Shown here: positions 24,639 to 37,582 of the stretch, one piece after another
Position numbering within the stretch: position 1 is the stretch's first letter
Layout: each line of letters starts with the position of its first letter
Assembly (NCBI RefSeq): GCF_001194135.2
Contig: NC_068981.1
Span: 108,286,886-108,350,885, forward strand
Length of the DNA: 64,000 bases
DNA from: Octopus bimaculoides
Lineage: Eukaryota
Direction: 5' to 3'
The notes under the pieces: generated by a model
Databases searched by the model: none
What the model was told of the DNA's origin: nothing
Seen by the model: the letters and a program-made list of their open reading frames with translations, nothing else
Position numbers and translations under genes: made by a program

Positions 24639-25106
24639 TCAAAGTTCTGTGATTTGGTATTTCATGGAAGATTTTACAGGAGACGAAGGTGCTTTTTGAT
24701 CATATGGTCTTTGTGATGATTGATAGTTGTTCGATAGTAAATACTGTTCTTGGCCAGAACTAAAATTGTGAGTATTAGTGTTAGCACCATTTGCATCTCC
24801 TACAGTACTATTGCTGCAATATGAGCCACGATAACCAGCTGGCGTATTCATACGTGGAGCTGTAAGAACACTGATTGTGGCAGGAGCAAAATCTCCAACA
24901 GTTCCACCAAGAGAGCCACCTGGAGAATCCACTTTAGAGTTTTCACTATTTATAGTTTTAATAAGCTGAGTAACAGGATCAATGCAAAACTGCTCATCGG
25001 GATAGCGGGCATTGAGGCGTTTTATGTGACAATCTCGGCAGAGCAATGTATTCTGGTATGGATAGCATCGCTTATCAGGTTCATCTGTAAGTTGCATGCC
25101 ACAATC
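24639..25106 (-). CDS. WTIP: Ajuba/LIMD1/WTIP-family LIM protein, last coding exon (end of LIM3 plus 128-aa tail ending YQITEL*)
   Basis: Acceptor ttcattcttatag|GAT; DCGMQLTDEPDKRCYPYQNTLLCRDCH...KYQITEL-TGA; in frame with the upstream exons. Confidence 0.95.
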   Translation of the reverse strand, partial: DCGMQLTDEPDKRCYPYQNTLLCRDCHIKRLNARYPDEQFCIDPVTQLIKTINSENSKVDSPGGSLGGTVGDFAPATISVLTAPRMNTPAGYRGSYCSNSTVGDANGANTNTHNFSSGQEQYLLSNNYQSSQRPYDQKAPSSPVKSSMKYQITEL

Positions 25107-26302
25107 CTATAAGAATGAAAGAAAACAGAAATAAGTTAATTTATGTATAAATTAACTTTCAGACAACTTTGAAAATATTCTTTGTTTTAATTTAAAGCAG
25201 AGCAGTATAGCTGAATGAATTATCTTTAGTATTTTAACAGTGTATGGTGAAGAAAAGTTTAAGCTGACACTGAAGGGATTTGACTTTAAAACTTGCAGGA
25301 TAATACATATTATAATGTGTTTGTTTAGTTTTACGTTGTCTGAAAATTATCATTTCTTGTGAAACATTATGATGAAAAATTACTGATAACTCCCATAAGT
25401 AATTTCTTGAAGAATACACAAATTAGCAGTATTTAAAATAACATTTTTTTTTTCATGTACACAAAACAAAAAAATGTGAAATGGATACTACTTAGTTAAT
25501 AGTAGTATATTATGTATTATTTTTCACAACTAATCATTCATTAAATTTCGCCTCTTTTATAATCTACTAAAGCCAATGTTGGAGACATGCAGCAATAACC
25601 TGGATGAAGTTATGCCATGCCAAATATAGGCATCAAATTCAATGAAATGTTGACTATATGTAAGATACACAAGCACAAAGAAGAATAGTCAATGGAATTA
25701 TTTAAATGATTCTGTTAACATAATATATAAATACATATGAGATGCCTGGAATATCTAATCATCTCACTTTCAATGATTTTCAATTGGTATCACTCCTCAA
25801 TGAAGAATGCTACTAAAGTTCCTTAAAACAAGGAGAAAAAGTCCAAGGGGAGATAGGAATCTTAAGAAAGGAATGAAAAGTAAGTTACTAATTAAAAGAA
25901 ATAAATAACAGCAGGGCTACTTGTTGAGAGAAAACCAGTTTAATTGAGAAGTATTAAAAAAGTAGGAGGATATCCTTCTTAACATCCAAAATACATAACT
26001 TCAACTAGTAAGATGTGGGAGCATAAAAGATTGCTTTTTTGGCTTTCTGGCTGGTCATAGATATGCCTCCTGAAAGAGTCATAGATATGCCCTTTTTCTG
26101 ATCAACATAATCTTTACAAAATCTTTCACACCTAATTTTGTCTATTTTTCAGTCAGTGAGTCACCATTAAGTAATACTGTAAATTATTTGACTTTTCATA
26201 GCAAAGGTTACTTTACAATAAGTGTTCAACCCTATTAACATTTAAATGAGACTAGTGGGAGCTACATGCCCTCATCTCAACCTTAATAGTTGAATTAATT
26301 TT

Positions 26303-27390
26303 GGATCTGTTCAATTTGGCTCAGATTTTTTACTCAATTTTTTTTTTAACTAAGCAGTTTGAAACTTCATACACTGGTGGAATGTCTCATATAGAACACA
26401 GTTTACTTTGAACATTTTTCACAAAATTTGGTATTAAAGTTGTTGTATTTGGGTAATTTCAACTAATCAACGACGTGTATTCAGTTGAAGAAAGCTACTG
26501 CTGTTTGCAATAGTAAGTGAAGCGGAACAACTTCCGGGTATCTCTACTAAATGTCACCACTCTGTTCTATTTTATTTTTTATTTACTGCTTGTGTTGCAA
26601 ATTATACACCTTTTTTTTTTTTTTTTTTTTGGTTCTCGCGTTGGAGTAACCAGTAAATATCGAAGAATCAACACCAAGAAGGAGTAAATATTATTTACAT
26701 ATATTTATTCCTTTGCCCGACATCAGTGCTTTGTCCACACTTAAAGCACACCAGTGTTTCAAAGACCTATAGAGCTACAAGTCCGCAGCTAGCTTTTTTG
26801 TTGTTGACATGTATGTAGTTTCAAAATGCCTTATTTTACAACTATGAAGTCTATTGTTATTGTCATGATTTTATATTACTATAATCAACAACAAACACAT
26901 TTTGTCAATATAAAAGTCTTTATTAGATTAAAAATAACATTATCAAAACATGAAGGTGAAACAAAACAAATAGCGGCTTATACACTGGAAAATACAGTAA
27001 TCGCTGGTTGCTAGTTGATAGTGTAGAAGGGAGGGAAAGAGTAAGGAATGCATGATGCTGACTAGAAAGGAAGAAAAGATAAAGGTGGCATCGTCTCATC
27101 ATACAAATAGATCAGAGTGGTAACATTTAGTAGAGATGGCTGGGAAATTGTTTCTCTTCAATTACTATCGCAAATAGCAGTAGTTTTCTTCAACTGAACA
27201 CATGTTGTTGATCGGTTGAAATTACCCAAATGCAACAAACATGAAATAACTTCTAAAATACCAAATTTCGTCAAAAATGTTCAAAGTAAACCATGTTCTG
27301 CATGAGACATTCCACCAGTATACGAAGTTTCAAACTGTTTAGTTTTTAAAAAATTAAGAAAAAAATCTGTGCGCCAAACTGAACAGATTC
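26303..27390. mobile_element. Non-autonomous DNA transposon with TIRs of about 260 bp (MULE-like)
   Basis: 26303-26565 aligns to the reverse complement of about 27115-27390 (ggatctgttcaatttggc / gccaaactgaacagattc); G-starting long TIRs; TSD not clearly preserved; retains CpGs, so relatively young. Confidence 0.8.
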
Positions 27391-27497
27391 ATTACTGAAT
27401 CCCAGCTTTCTTATTGAAAATGAGCTATATAAATTCATCAGCATTATCCCTTTTTGTTTTTAAAGATCACAAAACATGTAAAATAGTATTTTATTTC

Positions 27498-27500
<3 letters not shown>

Positions 27501-27562
<62 letters not shown>
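27501..27562. repeat. (TA)n then (CA)n microsatellite
   Basis: Direct reading. Confidence 0.95.
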
Positions 27563-29519
27563 TAATATTTAAGTTGATAGTTCTTTTTTTTTTGTTCAGA
27601 TATATATGGCGTTATCTGATCTAGTCAGGGGTCCGCAGCAGTGAAGTTAAAACACCTCTTAAAAGGCAAGAAACCAAATCCAACATGCAGGAAAAATACA
27701 ATCAGACGCATGCAGAAAAGAGTTTCAAGCCAAATTTCACAATCTTTACATAAATAACTGTATACCAGTACTTGCTAATATTTTTCCTGGTTGTTTTTGT
27801 TCTTTCACACTAATGTTGGTAAAGATAAGGTATTTCTCCTTTGTGATAAGATATGAGTTCCACAAAATTTATCCGTATTTTGGACATCTTTATTTTTAAG
27901 TATCAGACTATATTACACAGATTGGACAATGAGAATGATTTACATATGTTAAAGAAACTAAACTGTTTAATTTTTAACAAAAATACGAAATGTAGATTAC
28001 AAGGGAAACAACTTCACAAGTAATTTTGTTGATAATTATTGATAGGTATGAAGTTAACTCCCTTGAACCACACTGCTTCCAACTGAGTCTCCTGATATTC
28101 TGTGGAACTATTAAATTAAAATAATGAAACTACCTAACTTAGTGAATACTTTCAATACAGCACTATGTACAAATGAGAACTAATTCCAACAACTAATTGA
28201 ATGTAAAATAAAACTTCCGTTTTTAGTTTTTCAAAAGACATTCATTTAAATATAAAGAGAACACATGGTCCAACAAGAAATGAAGAATTAGTGATATGAA
28301 AAGGAAATAATTTAAGTTACTTAATTCTAATAAAAAATTCTCTAAACAAATACAGATTTGATCAGCAATCTTTCTTCAAAAAGTTAGATTTAAGAGGCTG
28401 GAAATAAGAAGGCAGTAAAAGAATATTCTCAAAAGAAACATGTATTACATATCTAAATTAATATAGTGTTTTCTTTTATTTCTTAAATAAGGAAGAAACC
28501 TGAATATTTCAATAGATGAAGAAAGGAATTATGGTATACATGCCTTTCACAAAGTTATTGACAAAAGATGAGAATCTCAACCAGGAACAAAAACACAGCC
28601 AGAGATATATGGTGAGCTAGGCAAAACTTTAAATATTGGCTGAATATAATCACACACACACACACCATAGCTAACTTGATTTTAAAGGAATTAATGAAAT
28701 AACCAAATGAGGAATAATTTTTTTAAAGGAGGAAAAACATAAATGAAAAAAACAATTGTTAGAATGAAAGCCAAATTTTACTAAAGTTTGAATATCAATT
28801 CCTGAAAGCCTTTGTTATACAACTAAAGACAAATAGCAGCACAAGGCTAACAGCATTTCTCATAGTGATGTCAATCACCTCAAACAAAAAGTAGTAAGTT
28901 TATTAATCAGGTAATAACCATGCCAATAATGTTTGAATTGCAATTAGTTTAGCAACAAGGAAACTGTAGCTATACACTAGTATGAGGTAAAGAAGAAAAA
29001 AAGAAAGATTCATGAAATGTCTAAATAAAACAGAATTCAACAATAATACATGCTGTATGTTATAGAGTAACTCAACAGGTGATAGTTTACTGTTTAATTC
29101 TGTCTTGAAAGCTGTAAATATGGATAGAAACACCTTTTGTTAATGTATTTCATAGTTTATACATCATGATACTAGTAATAAATTGACTAGCTTAGTAACT
29201 GTTGATAGAATGTAAATAATTATATTTATTTATAGCATAATTAGCATTGATTTACCCTGAGTGAAAATAATTTCCAAATTTATTTTATATTTAAAACAAA
29301 TAAAACATTTGAACTAGTTAACTGACACAAGATTGTTTTAAAAAGACAAAAAGGTAAAAAAATTACATGGTAAAAAAATAATTATCCTTTCAAAACACAA
29401 AGATGCATGGGATTAGATTTTTGCTCTGGCTTTTGTAGTTATATGTATGAGATACATCCCTTTCAGGGCATGTCTCTAAAGTTGACAAACAAAACTAGAC
29501 ACAAACTGGGCAAAATCTT

Positions 29520-29890
29520 ACATGTAAAATTCACAAATCAGAGCTGATTACTCAAGAGAAGCAAAGGTAAGGAAAAAAAGTATTGCCCTATGCACACTTC
29601 TGAGGCAAGGTTTGAAACAGTGGATATAACTGTAGACATCAAGCTGGGAAGAATATATTTCCAGTATGAAACGGATTTAGAATGACCTAGGGAACTAAAA
29701 GTTGCAGAGAAAGCGCAACAATTGTATAAAGGACACAAATCTGAAGCTATATGGAGTATGTCTGTCTATCATGGATAAATGCTTCACAGAACATACTCAA
29801 CCAATTCATTGCAGGCTCAATCGATACTGCAAGAAAGATCACCACCAACACCTTTTGTCACTCAAATGCAGTAAACCAGTGATTGGATAA
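29520..29890 (+). mobile_element. CR1/L2-type LINE 3' fragment
   Basis: ATIV*RTQI*SYMEYVCLSWINASQNILNQ resembles the LYKAQxRSxMEYxxxxWxxAS motif. Confidence 0.6.
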
Positions 29891-30801
29891 CTGGAACCCT
29901 ATTTATAAACAAATTTCAAAATAAGGATGAACTAATTTTTTAAAACTTCTTTATTAACAATAAAGTTTGCCTGAATTAAATATGGGCTTTTGATTTATCT
30001 CATTATTCACAGTAAATTCAAATATATACATGACAGTATAAAAGTTGCCAACATTGAAAGATTAACAAAATCCTTATCACTGAAAGCCTCTAACAAAAAT
30101 ATTAAAATGATGAACTAGACGAATATTTCTGAGTGGTAGCCTCTTATTTGAAACAAGCAAGTTATATGTGACACAGGTTTTGCTCAGGGTATTTATCTTT
30201 CAGTAAGGCACTATGGTATAGCAAATGCTATCTATGACAACAGATTTCCTCAACAGCTTTAAATGCAGATATAATTCTAAAGACAAGAACATTGGTGGAC
30301 AATTCTGGTAAAAATTCAATCAATTAAAAGCTTAATAGATTAAATACAGCTTTTTGGACAGAATATGAAAATGTACACTGCTGTAGAGTGAGTTCTGCAG
30401 CTAATGTAAATGTCATATCAAAATTCAATGATAACAATATATATTGTTTCAACTGGTGCACTTAGTTGTATCCTCAAAAGTTTGCATAGTCACTTTGAGA
30501 AGTTGGAGTTCATTTTAAAAACATTGAATCAGATGAAGGTGATCAACTTCATTGAATTCAATTAAAATAAAATATGAAAAACGTTTTGACAGAAATTGTT
30601 ACACAATAAAATGCACTTCTTTACTGGAAATGAATTCTCACTGCATTGAATGAACATCTCATAGTAGAAATATGCATCTGCACACACACACACACACACA
30701 CACAAAAAAAACCTGTGTAAATCATACTGAGAGAGATGCAAGTAACTAATATGAAAGAGAAGAAACTTTTATTAACAGAAACAAATTGTCCATTAACTCA
30801 C

Positions 30802-30870
30802 CTCACAATGGTAGCAGTCAACATGGAAATCCCTATCCATTGACACAACACGAACTGTTTCTTCAGTGCC
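30802..30870 (-). CDS. WTIP: LIM protein exon (LIM3 middle): GTEETVRVVSMDRDFHVDCYHCE
   Basis: 69 nt, ttcag|GGC ... GAG|gtgagt, phase 0/0; closely matches the Ajuba-family VVSMDRDxHVxCYHCE motif. Confidence 0.97.
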
Positions 30871-31959
30871 CTGAAGGTAAAATTAGACAATTTTTTTACA
30901 TGTGCATGTTAAACTATATTCATTGAAATTTATTCAATAGAAATGTATAATGAAAATTATTTAACAAAACTCATAGTAATTCATTTTACTTTAAAATATA
31001 GAATAAGTATTCCTTTTCCTCAATAGCAATAAAAATATGTTGAAACTAACAGCTAAATCAGATAGGAGTGAGTAAATTGCAGCCCACAGGGCATTCTGAA
31101 TGGCATGCCTTAACAAAAAATTATCTTTGAATTTTTTTTTAGTTGTGAGGCCCACCTGATGATGAGTGAAGTGGCAAAATTTACAAAATGGTTGCTAATG
31201 TATGAGCTAAATATTTCATCACAATTATTTTAGAAGATAAATGCAAAATTCATTCACAATCAAGACATACGTAACATAAACATGGAAAAAATTTCAATTA
31301 GCATTATTGAAACTTTTTCATGTATATACTACTAATGACTATTTTAGACAAGTAAGCCTGATCATGATGCTTGCTAATGGAGGTGTTTTCACTGGATATA
31401 TATTTATTAGTTAAAACACATTACTTTCTTTAGAAAAATAATATTAATTTCAACAGACACCAAACCAACCTCCCTACCTTTTCCTTTCTGGTATCTATGT
31501 ATATCTTTTCTTCAGCTGTCACTACACCCATAACATTGTCTAAGGAAGTGAGTTGAAACGCACTACAGCAGCATTTGGACATGTTTGAATGATAATTTAT
31601 ATGTTCAAAATATACCCAGATGGATAACATGTTTCTGAACTTTGGATAATTTGAAAGAAATAAAAATAAATAAATAGAAGGGGACACACTAATTTAGCAG
31701 TCCTTGAATTTAGTAAGTTATTCTAGTTTTTGTCAATTTGCATTTAATATCATTTTGTTTGGCAGCCACTGAAAATTTTTGTATTTCATTCTAGAGTTAT
31801 GTCCATGACTAAATTCTTCTATCATTCATTTTCGTGGCTACACACACACACATATATATATGCATATATACACAGACATGACATAAGTAAATAGACACTC
31901 TTATAATCATTAAAATTTCTTTAAATCTAAAATTATGCATTCAAATTATTTATTAGTTG

Positions 31960-32860
31960 TTATAATGTGAATATTTAATATTGAATTTTTCAATGCAAGG
32001 ACTCTATTAGGCATGATACTGATCAGATGATGAATATTCTCTTGCAGAATTTCTTGTCAAGTTTCATGCAGTAATCGCAAAAGATCTGGCTTTGAAGATG
32101 CTTTCTTGTTCTTTTTATGAAGTGTCCTGTCATTTATATAATAGGGGTCATATCTGATGACTGGCTTAGCCATGGAAGCTTTTTAAAGCCATTCTCAAAC
32201 AAATCTTGTGTTATTTTAGCTGTGTGACAAGGAACCCCATATTCCATAAATAAAGAGTTTTCTTTAATCATTTCACCACCGGAGAGGAATGGAAAGAGTC
32301 TTTTCTGCAATATGGACACATATCTATCTGAGTTTATGTTGGTTGCAATTTTTCCACATCAAATTCTTGATCACAGAGTCTCCAGACCCACAATCAACCA
32401 GTGTCAGAAAATACAGCAAATCTGGAATCATCAGAGAATATGACAGTGTCCCAAAATGCTAGTGGCCTCTCCACCATCTCACTGGCCCAATCTTTTTCTC
32501 TACTTGATGTTGGCTGGTCGAAGAAGTGGCTCCCTTCTTGCCACTCTGCCATAGTAACCAAGTTTGTGGAGATACCTGACAGCTGTTCTGGGACTGGCAT
32601 CAACTTGTTTGGCTATGACAGAAACCTAGCAACAAGGATTATCCTCCACACTTCTCTTACCAAAGAGAAGTGTCCTAGTTGATCTGGGCAAGGTGATGTG
32701 GACTCCTTCCCTTTGGTGCATTGCACAATCACTTTATTAACTGTAGAAAGCAGGATCCCAAGGTTTTCTGCGATTTTACACCGACTATGTCCACCTTCAG
32801 AATGCCCCATTATACAGCCTCTTTGAAATTCAGACAATTCCAAGGGTTCTATTAAAAAGT
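31960..32860 (-). mobile_element. Tc1-like (DD34E) transposase pseudogene
   Basis: [15 protein letters not shown] start, VIFSDDSRF, FMEYGVPCHTAK, WLSQSSDMTPI; frameshifted; TIRs not resolved. Confidence 0.85.
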
Positions 32861-32939
32861 TATGTTAAAAACAGCTGTAATGAGCTGACAATCCATCGTA
32901 TGTTATTGTTCATTTGATATCCATATATATATATATATA

Positions 32940-34559
32940 TGGCCCTGCTCGACCTGTAGAAAAGGCATAGGTAGAAACTCCATAAGATGTACCCAATGTA
33001 AGCTATGGACACATAAGAGGGGCAGCAATATCAAAGGAAAGTTAACTGGGAAGATAGTTTTTGTATGTGGCAAATGCTCAGGCGCTATAAACACAGAAAA
33101 TGTGCAGAGAACAGCTTCTGTCACATTCCAGGGAGAAAAACTAGAAGTAGTTGAGAGCTTCTGTTACCTAGGAGACCAAGTCAGTAGCAGGGGTGGATGT
33201 GCTGAAAGTGTAGCTGCCAGAATAATAATAGCCTGGGTAAAGTTCACAGAGCTCCTACATCTGCTGGTGACAAAGGGCCTCTCGCTAAGAGTAAAAGGTA
33301 GAGTGTATGATGCATGTGTGCGAACAGCCATGCTACATGGCAGCAAAACATGGGCCATGACTGCTAAGGACATGTGTAAGCGTGCAAGGAATGAAGCCAG
33401 TATGCTCCGCTGGATGTGTGATGTCAGTGTGCATACACGACAGAGTGTAAGTGACCGGAGAGAAAAATTGGAATTAAGAAGCATCAGATGTGTTGTGCAA
33501 GAGAGACAACTGCGCTGGTATAGTCATGTGTTGTGTATGGATGAGGACAGCTGTTTGAAAAGGTGTCACACCCTAGCAGTTGAGGGAATCTGTGGAAGAA
33601 GTAGACCCAGGAAGACATATGATGAGGTGGTGAAGCACAACCTTTGAACGTTGGGCCTCACTGAGGCAATGAGAAGTGACTGAAACCTTTGGAGATATGC
33701 TGTGTTTGAGAAGACCTGGCAAGCCAAGTGAGACCATAGCCCATGGCCTATGCCAGTGGGTGTAACCAGCCCATTTATGAATACCCCACCATTCATTAGA
33801 CAATAAACCTTGCTTGTGAAGACCTATTGAGGCAAGTAAAATCAAAATCAAAATGGAAATTGCTGAGGTGGCTGACGACAGTACCACCTGATAGGCACTT
33901 GTGCCAGTGGAATGTTAAAAGCACATCCGAACGTAGGGTGTAACTGGCCCACTTATGAATACACCTCATTCATTGGACAATGAACTTTGCTTGAGAAAAC
34001 CTATTGAGGCAAGTGTAAACCAATCAAAATCGCTGATGTGACCAATGACAGTACTGCCTGATTGGTACTCGTGCCAGTGGAACATTAAAAGAAGCATATC
34101 TGAGCATAATCGTTGCCAGAGCCACGGATTGGCTCCTGTGCCGGTGACATGTGAAAAGCACCATTCGAGCATGATCGCTGCCAGCTTTGCTGGTGGCACA
34201 TGAAAAACAATATTTGAGCATCATCGTTGCCAGTGCCACTGGACTGGCTCCCATGCAAGTAACATGTAAAAACACTGTTTGAGCATGGTCGTTGTCAGTG
34301 CCACTGGACTGGCTCCTGTACAGGTAACACATAAAAACACCGTTTGAGCGTGGTCGTTGCCAGAACCGTGTGAGTGGCCCTCGTGCATATAAAAAGCACC
34401 CACTACACTCTTGGAGTAGTTGGCGTTAGGAAGGGCATCCAGCTGTAGAAACTTTGCCAGACCAGATTGAGCCTGGTACAGCCTCTGGCTCACCAGTCCT
34501 CAGTCAAACTGCACAACCCATGCCAGCATGGACAGGGGACGTTAAACGATGATGATGAT
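32940..34559 (+). mobile_element. 5'-truncated RTE LINE (Cys-rich finger, C-terminal domain, 3' UTR with 65-bp tandem array, (GAT)n tail)
   Basis: PCSTCRKGIGRNSIRCTQCKLWTHK; ORF 33102-33647 EVVESFCYLGD...KGRVYDACVRTAMLHGSKTW; tail cgttaaacgatgatgatgat. Confidence 0.93.
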
Positions 34560-34760
34560 ATATATATATATATATATATAATTTGGATGACATTGTTGAG
34601 GTCAGTTCAGCCTCACATTTAACTGACTTAGTGTTACATACCTAATTTAATGGGCACATTGCAGCATTTTTACAGGCAATGGTCAATCCCAGCCTAGAAA
34701 AATAGATTCAAAAGCTATTCAGCAAAGATTTCAGTAAAATTATATATCATAAATACATAC

Positions 34761-34812
34761 CTCAACAGGTGTGATTGCTTGACCACAGGCTGCACACTTT
34801 GGAGCATAAATC
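34761..34812 (-). CDS. WTIP: LIM protein exon (LIM3 start): (R)IYAPKCAACGQAITPVE
   Basis: 52 nt, atttacag|G ... GAG|gtatgt; phase 2 start completes the AG|G Arg codon. Confidence 0.96.
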
Positions 34813-35336
34813 CTGTAAATAAATATACATAGTTTATGCAATGGAAACAGAAGAAAAAAAATGGACTAAAATTTTGTACTAACATCTGGATATTTTTTAA
34901 TTAGTTTAGGTTCATCATCAGTTGCTTTGATATGGCAATGACTATGCAATTCATAAATTAAGTGAAGAAACAAGATGGCGGCTTAGTGTGAGAGTGTCAA
35001 ACTTAGAGCATGTCAATGTTGAATGTGAGAAGAAAATACTGATTTGACTGCATTATTAAACTTAACTTCACAGTTTCAATCCAATAACAGGCAATATGTA
35101 TGTTACAGCATTGGAAAACTTACTTTAATCTATTTCTACAAGTTAAACTTGAAAAAATAGAAACTGACCCATCATAAGCCAAGTTTTTAAAGGAAATTCA
35201 ATCATAAAACTTATGTTCTGAAATGATATGCACATTTCCTTGCAAAATACAATGGATACTCAGCTAAAGCTTGTTATCACAATTTGGACTAAAGTAAAAT
35301 ATCTGAATTCATCCAAGTAATAAGCACAGTATGATA

Positions 35337-36294
35337 CCATTAATCCTCGAGTATAATCCACATTTTTCCCCCCAAATTTAAAGGTCAAAATCCCTAGTGC
35401 ATACTATATATGAAGTTAAAAATGAAAAATATTTTCTAAGCAATATCCAAGTCTCTATTTGCTGTCCGGCAATGTTTATTCAGATGCATTTTGTGATGTC
35501 GGGAGCGAAAATACCTTAAGCTAAGCCTGAAAGCAATGAAGTCATAAAAGAATCATCCATAACTTGCAATAAGCAACATTTATTAAAATAAAAGTGTTGT
35601 ATATCGTCTTCACTGGATTGTACTCAGGATGACGTTGTATGGAAAGATGAAATAAATGAAAGTGAATCTTCTGATGTTGACTATGAATTTGACGATAACA
35701 GAGATTTACACTACAATAATGCTGACATGTTTACGGAGGAACAAATGGAACAGTTATTTGATGCTGAAAGTGAAGTTGAAGTTGAAGGATTTGAATAAAT
35801 GTTTTTGCTTTTGCTTTTGTAACTGATAGTGATAAATAAAGGCAATTTTTAGGGGGCTGTATCTCTGAAAAATTTAAACCTTGTGTATAATACACACCCC
35901 TTCTCTAACTTGAGTCAAGGAGGCCTATATAACGTCCTTGGTTTGTAAACATATATACGGTAACGTCCTTTATTATTATTGTATATATATAACATAATGC
36001 AAATGTGTAGCTTTTTTGTGCACTTTGTTTTCAAAAAATAAAGAAATAACAGTAATAACGTCATCATCATCATCGTCGTTTAACGTCCGCTTTCCATGCT
36101 AGCATGGGTTGGACGATTTGACTGAGGACTGGTGAAACCGGATGGCAACAAGTAAATTGCCTTTACATATTTATCAGTTAGAAAATTTTGCTTAGAAAAT
36201 ATTTTTCATTTTTAACTTCATATATAGTACACAGTAGAAATTTTTACCTTTAAATTTTGGGAAAAAAGTGTGGATTATACTCGAGGATTTACGG
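35337..36294 (+). mobile_element. pogo/Tc2-type deletion derivative with TIRs of about 115 bp and a transposase C-terminal remnant
   Basis: TA-flanked ccattaatcctcgagtataatcc / ggattatactcgaggatttacgg; internal KCCISSSLDCTQDDVVW...LFDAESEVEVEGFE* (pogo C-terminal signature); SINE tail inserted at 36061-36150. Confidence 0.85.
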
Positions 36295-36467
36295 TATATA
36301 TAAATCAAAGCAAAATATTTACTGAAGATACAGAATAAAAGTCTGAAGACTGAAATATAACCAAACTATTTAAAAATTTAATCTGTATAAAATAAATATG
36401 GCAAATAAGGAATATTAGATCATTCAAGAAGAGATACATACATACATACATATATATATAAATATAC

Positions 36468-36598
36468 CTGTGATAATCAGCAACACAATATATTTTGTTT
36501 TCAACATCAATTGTAAAAGGTACACCATCTAAACATTCATTACACTGACAACAGCGGAAACAACCAGGATGGTAAGCTTTACCCATTGCTTGTAAGAT
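36468..36598 (-). CDS. WTIP: LIM protein exon (LIM2): [43 protein letters not shown](R)
   Basis: 131 nt, ttttcag|ATC ... CACAG|gtatat; canonical LIM Zn ligands. Confidence 0.97.
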
Positions 36599-37582
36599 CT
36601 GAAAACAGAATATGTACATTTATATGAAAAATAATAAAAATACATTTTTTTTAAACAATATTCTATTTGTTTTCATATGTCTATAGACGTTATTTTGCTC
36701 TGTCTACAATTGTTTCTTCATTTTTGGTTAGACCTACTTTAAGACACTACCCTGTCACATTATACTACTCACTTTCACTTTAAAGTAAATACTTTGAATA
36801 AAATTCAAGCCTAGAAATATTACCATTATTTCATTTTTAAGTCCCAAACTGAAAAGTAAATATAGTTCTTTTCACTTTTAACTCCAGTCCTTTAAAATTT
36901 CTTTATTGGAGCAAAAAAGAATATTTGTAAAGTAGTTTGGCCAAATTATATACATGGAGCTGCCTTGAGAGATCATCAGACATTGGAAAACGTAGGATTT
37001 ATAACAAATTTGAGGGTTTTAATGGTGCATTGTTCATAGCGTGCGAGGTTAAGGTACAGGACCGTTGATCTAATAGTTATGCTCTAATGGCAATAGGAAA
37101 ACACTGAGATTGAACAGTATCCTTTGTTTCAGTCATTAGACTGCGGCCATGCTGGGGATTCACCTGGAAGAATTTTTATTTGAATGAATCACCCCCAATA
37201 CATTTTTTTAAAAAGTCTGGTACTTATTCTATCAGTTCCCTTTTGCTGAACNNNNNNNNNNNNNNNNNNNNNNNNNNNNNNNNNNNNNNNNNNNNNNNNN
37301 NNNNNNNNNNNNNNNNNNNNNNNNNNNNNNNNNNNNNNNNNNNNNNNNNNNNNNNNNNNNNNNNNNNNNNNNNNNNNNNNNNNNNNNNNNNNNNNNNNNN
37401 NNNNNNNNNNNNNNNNNNNNNNNNNNNNNNNNNNNNNNNNNNNNNNNNNNNNNNNNNNNNNNNNNNNNNNNNNNNNNNNNNNNNNNNNNNNNNNNNNNNN
37501 NNNNNNNNNNNNNNNNNNNNNNNNNNNNNNNNNNNNNNNNNNNNNNNNNNNNNNNNNNNNNNNNNNNNNNNNNNNNNNNNNN

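Noticed and set aside
34102-34405. CRISPR-like periodicity
   Set aside because: Whole units repeat in tandem with no unique spacers, inside a LINE 3' UTR in a eukaryote
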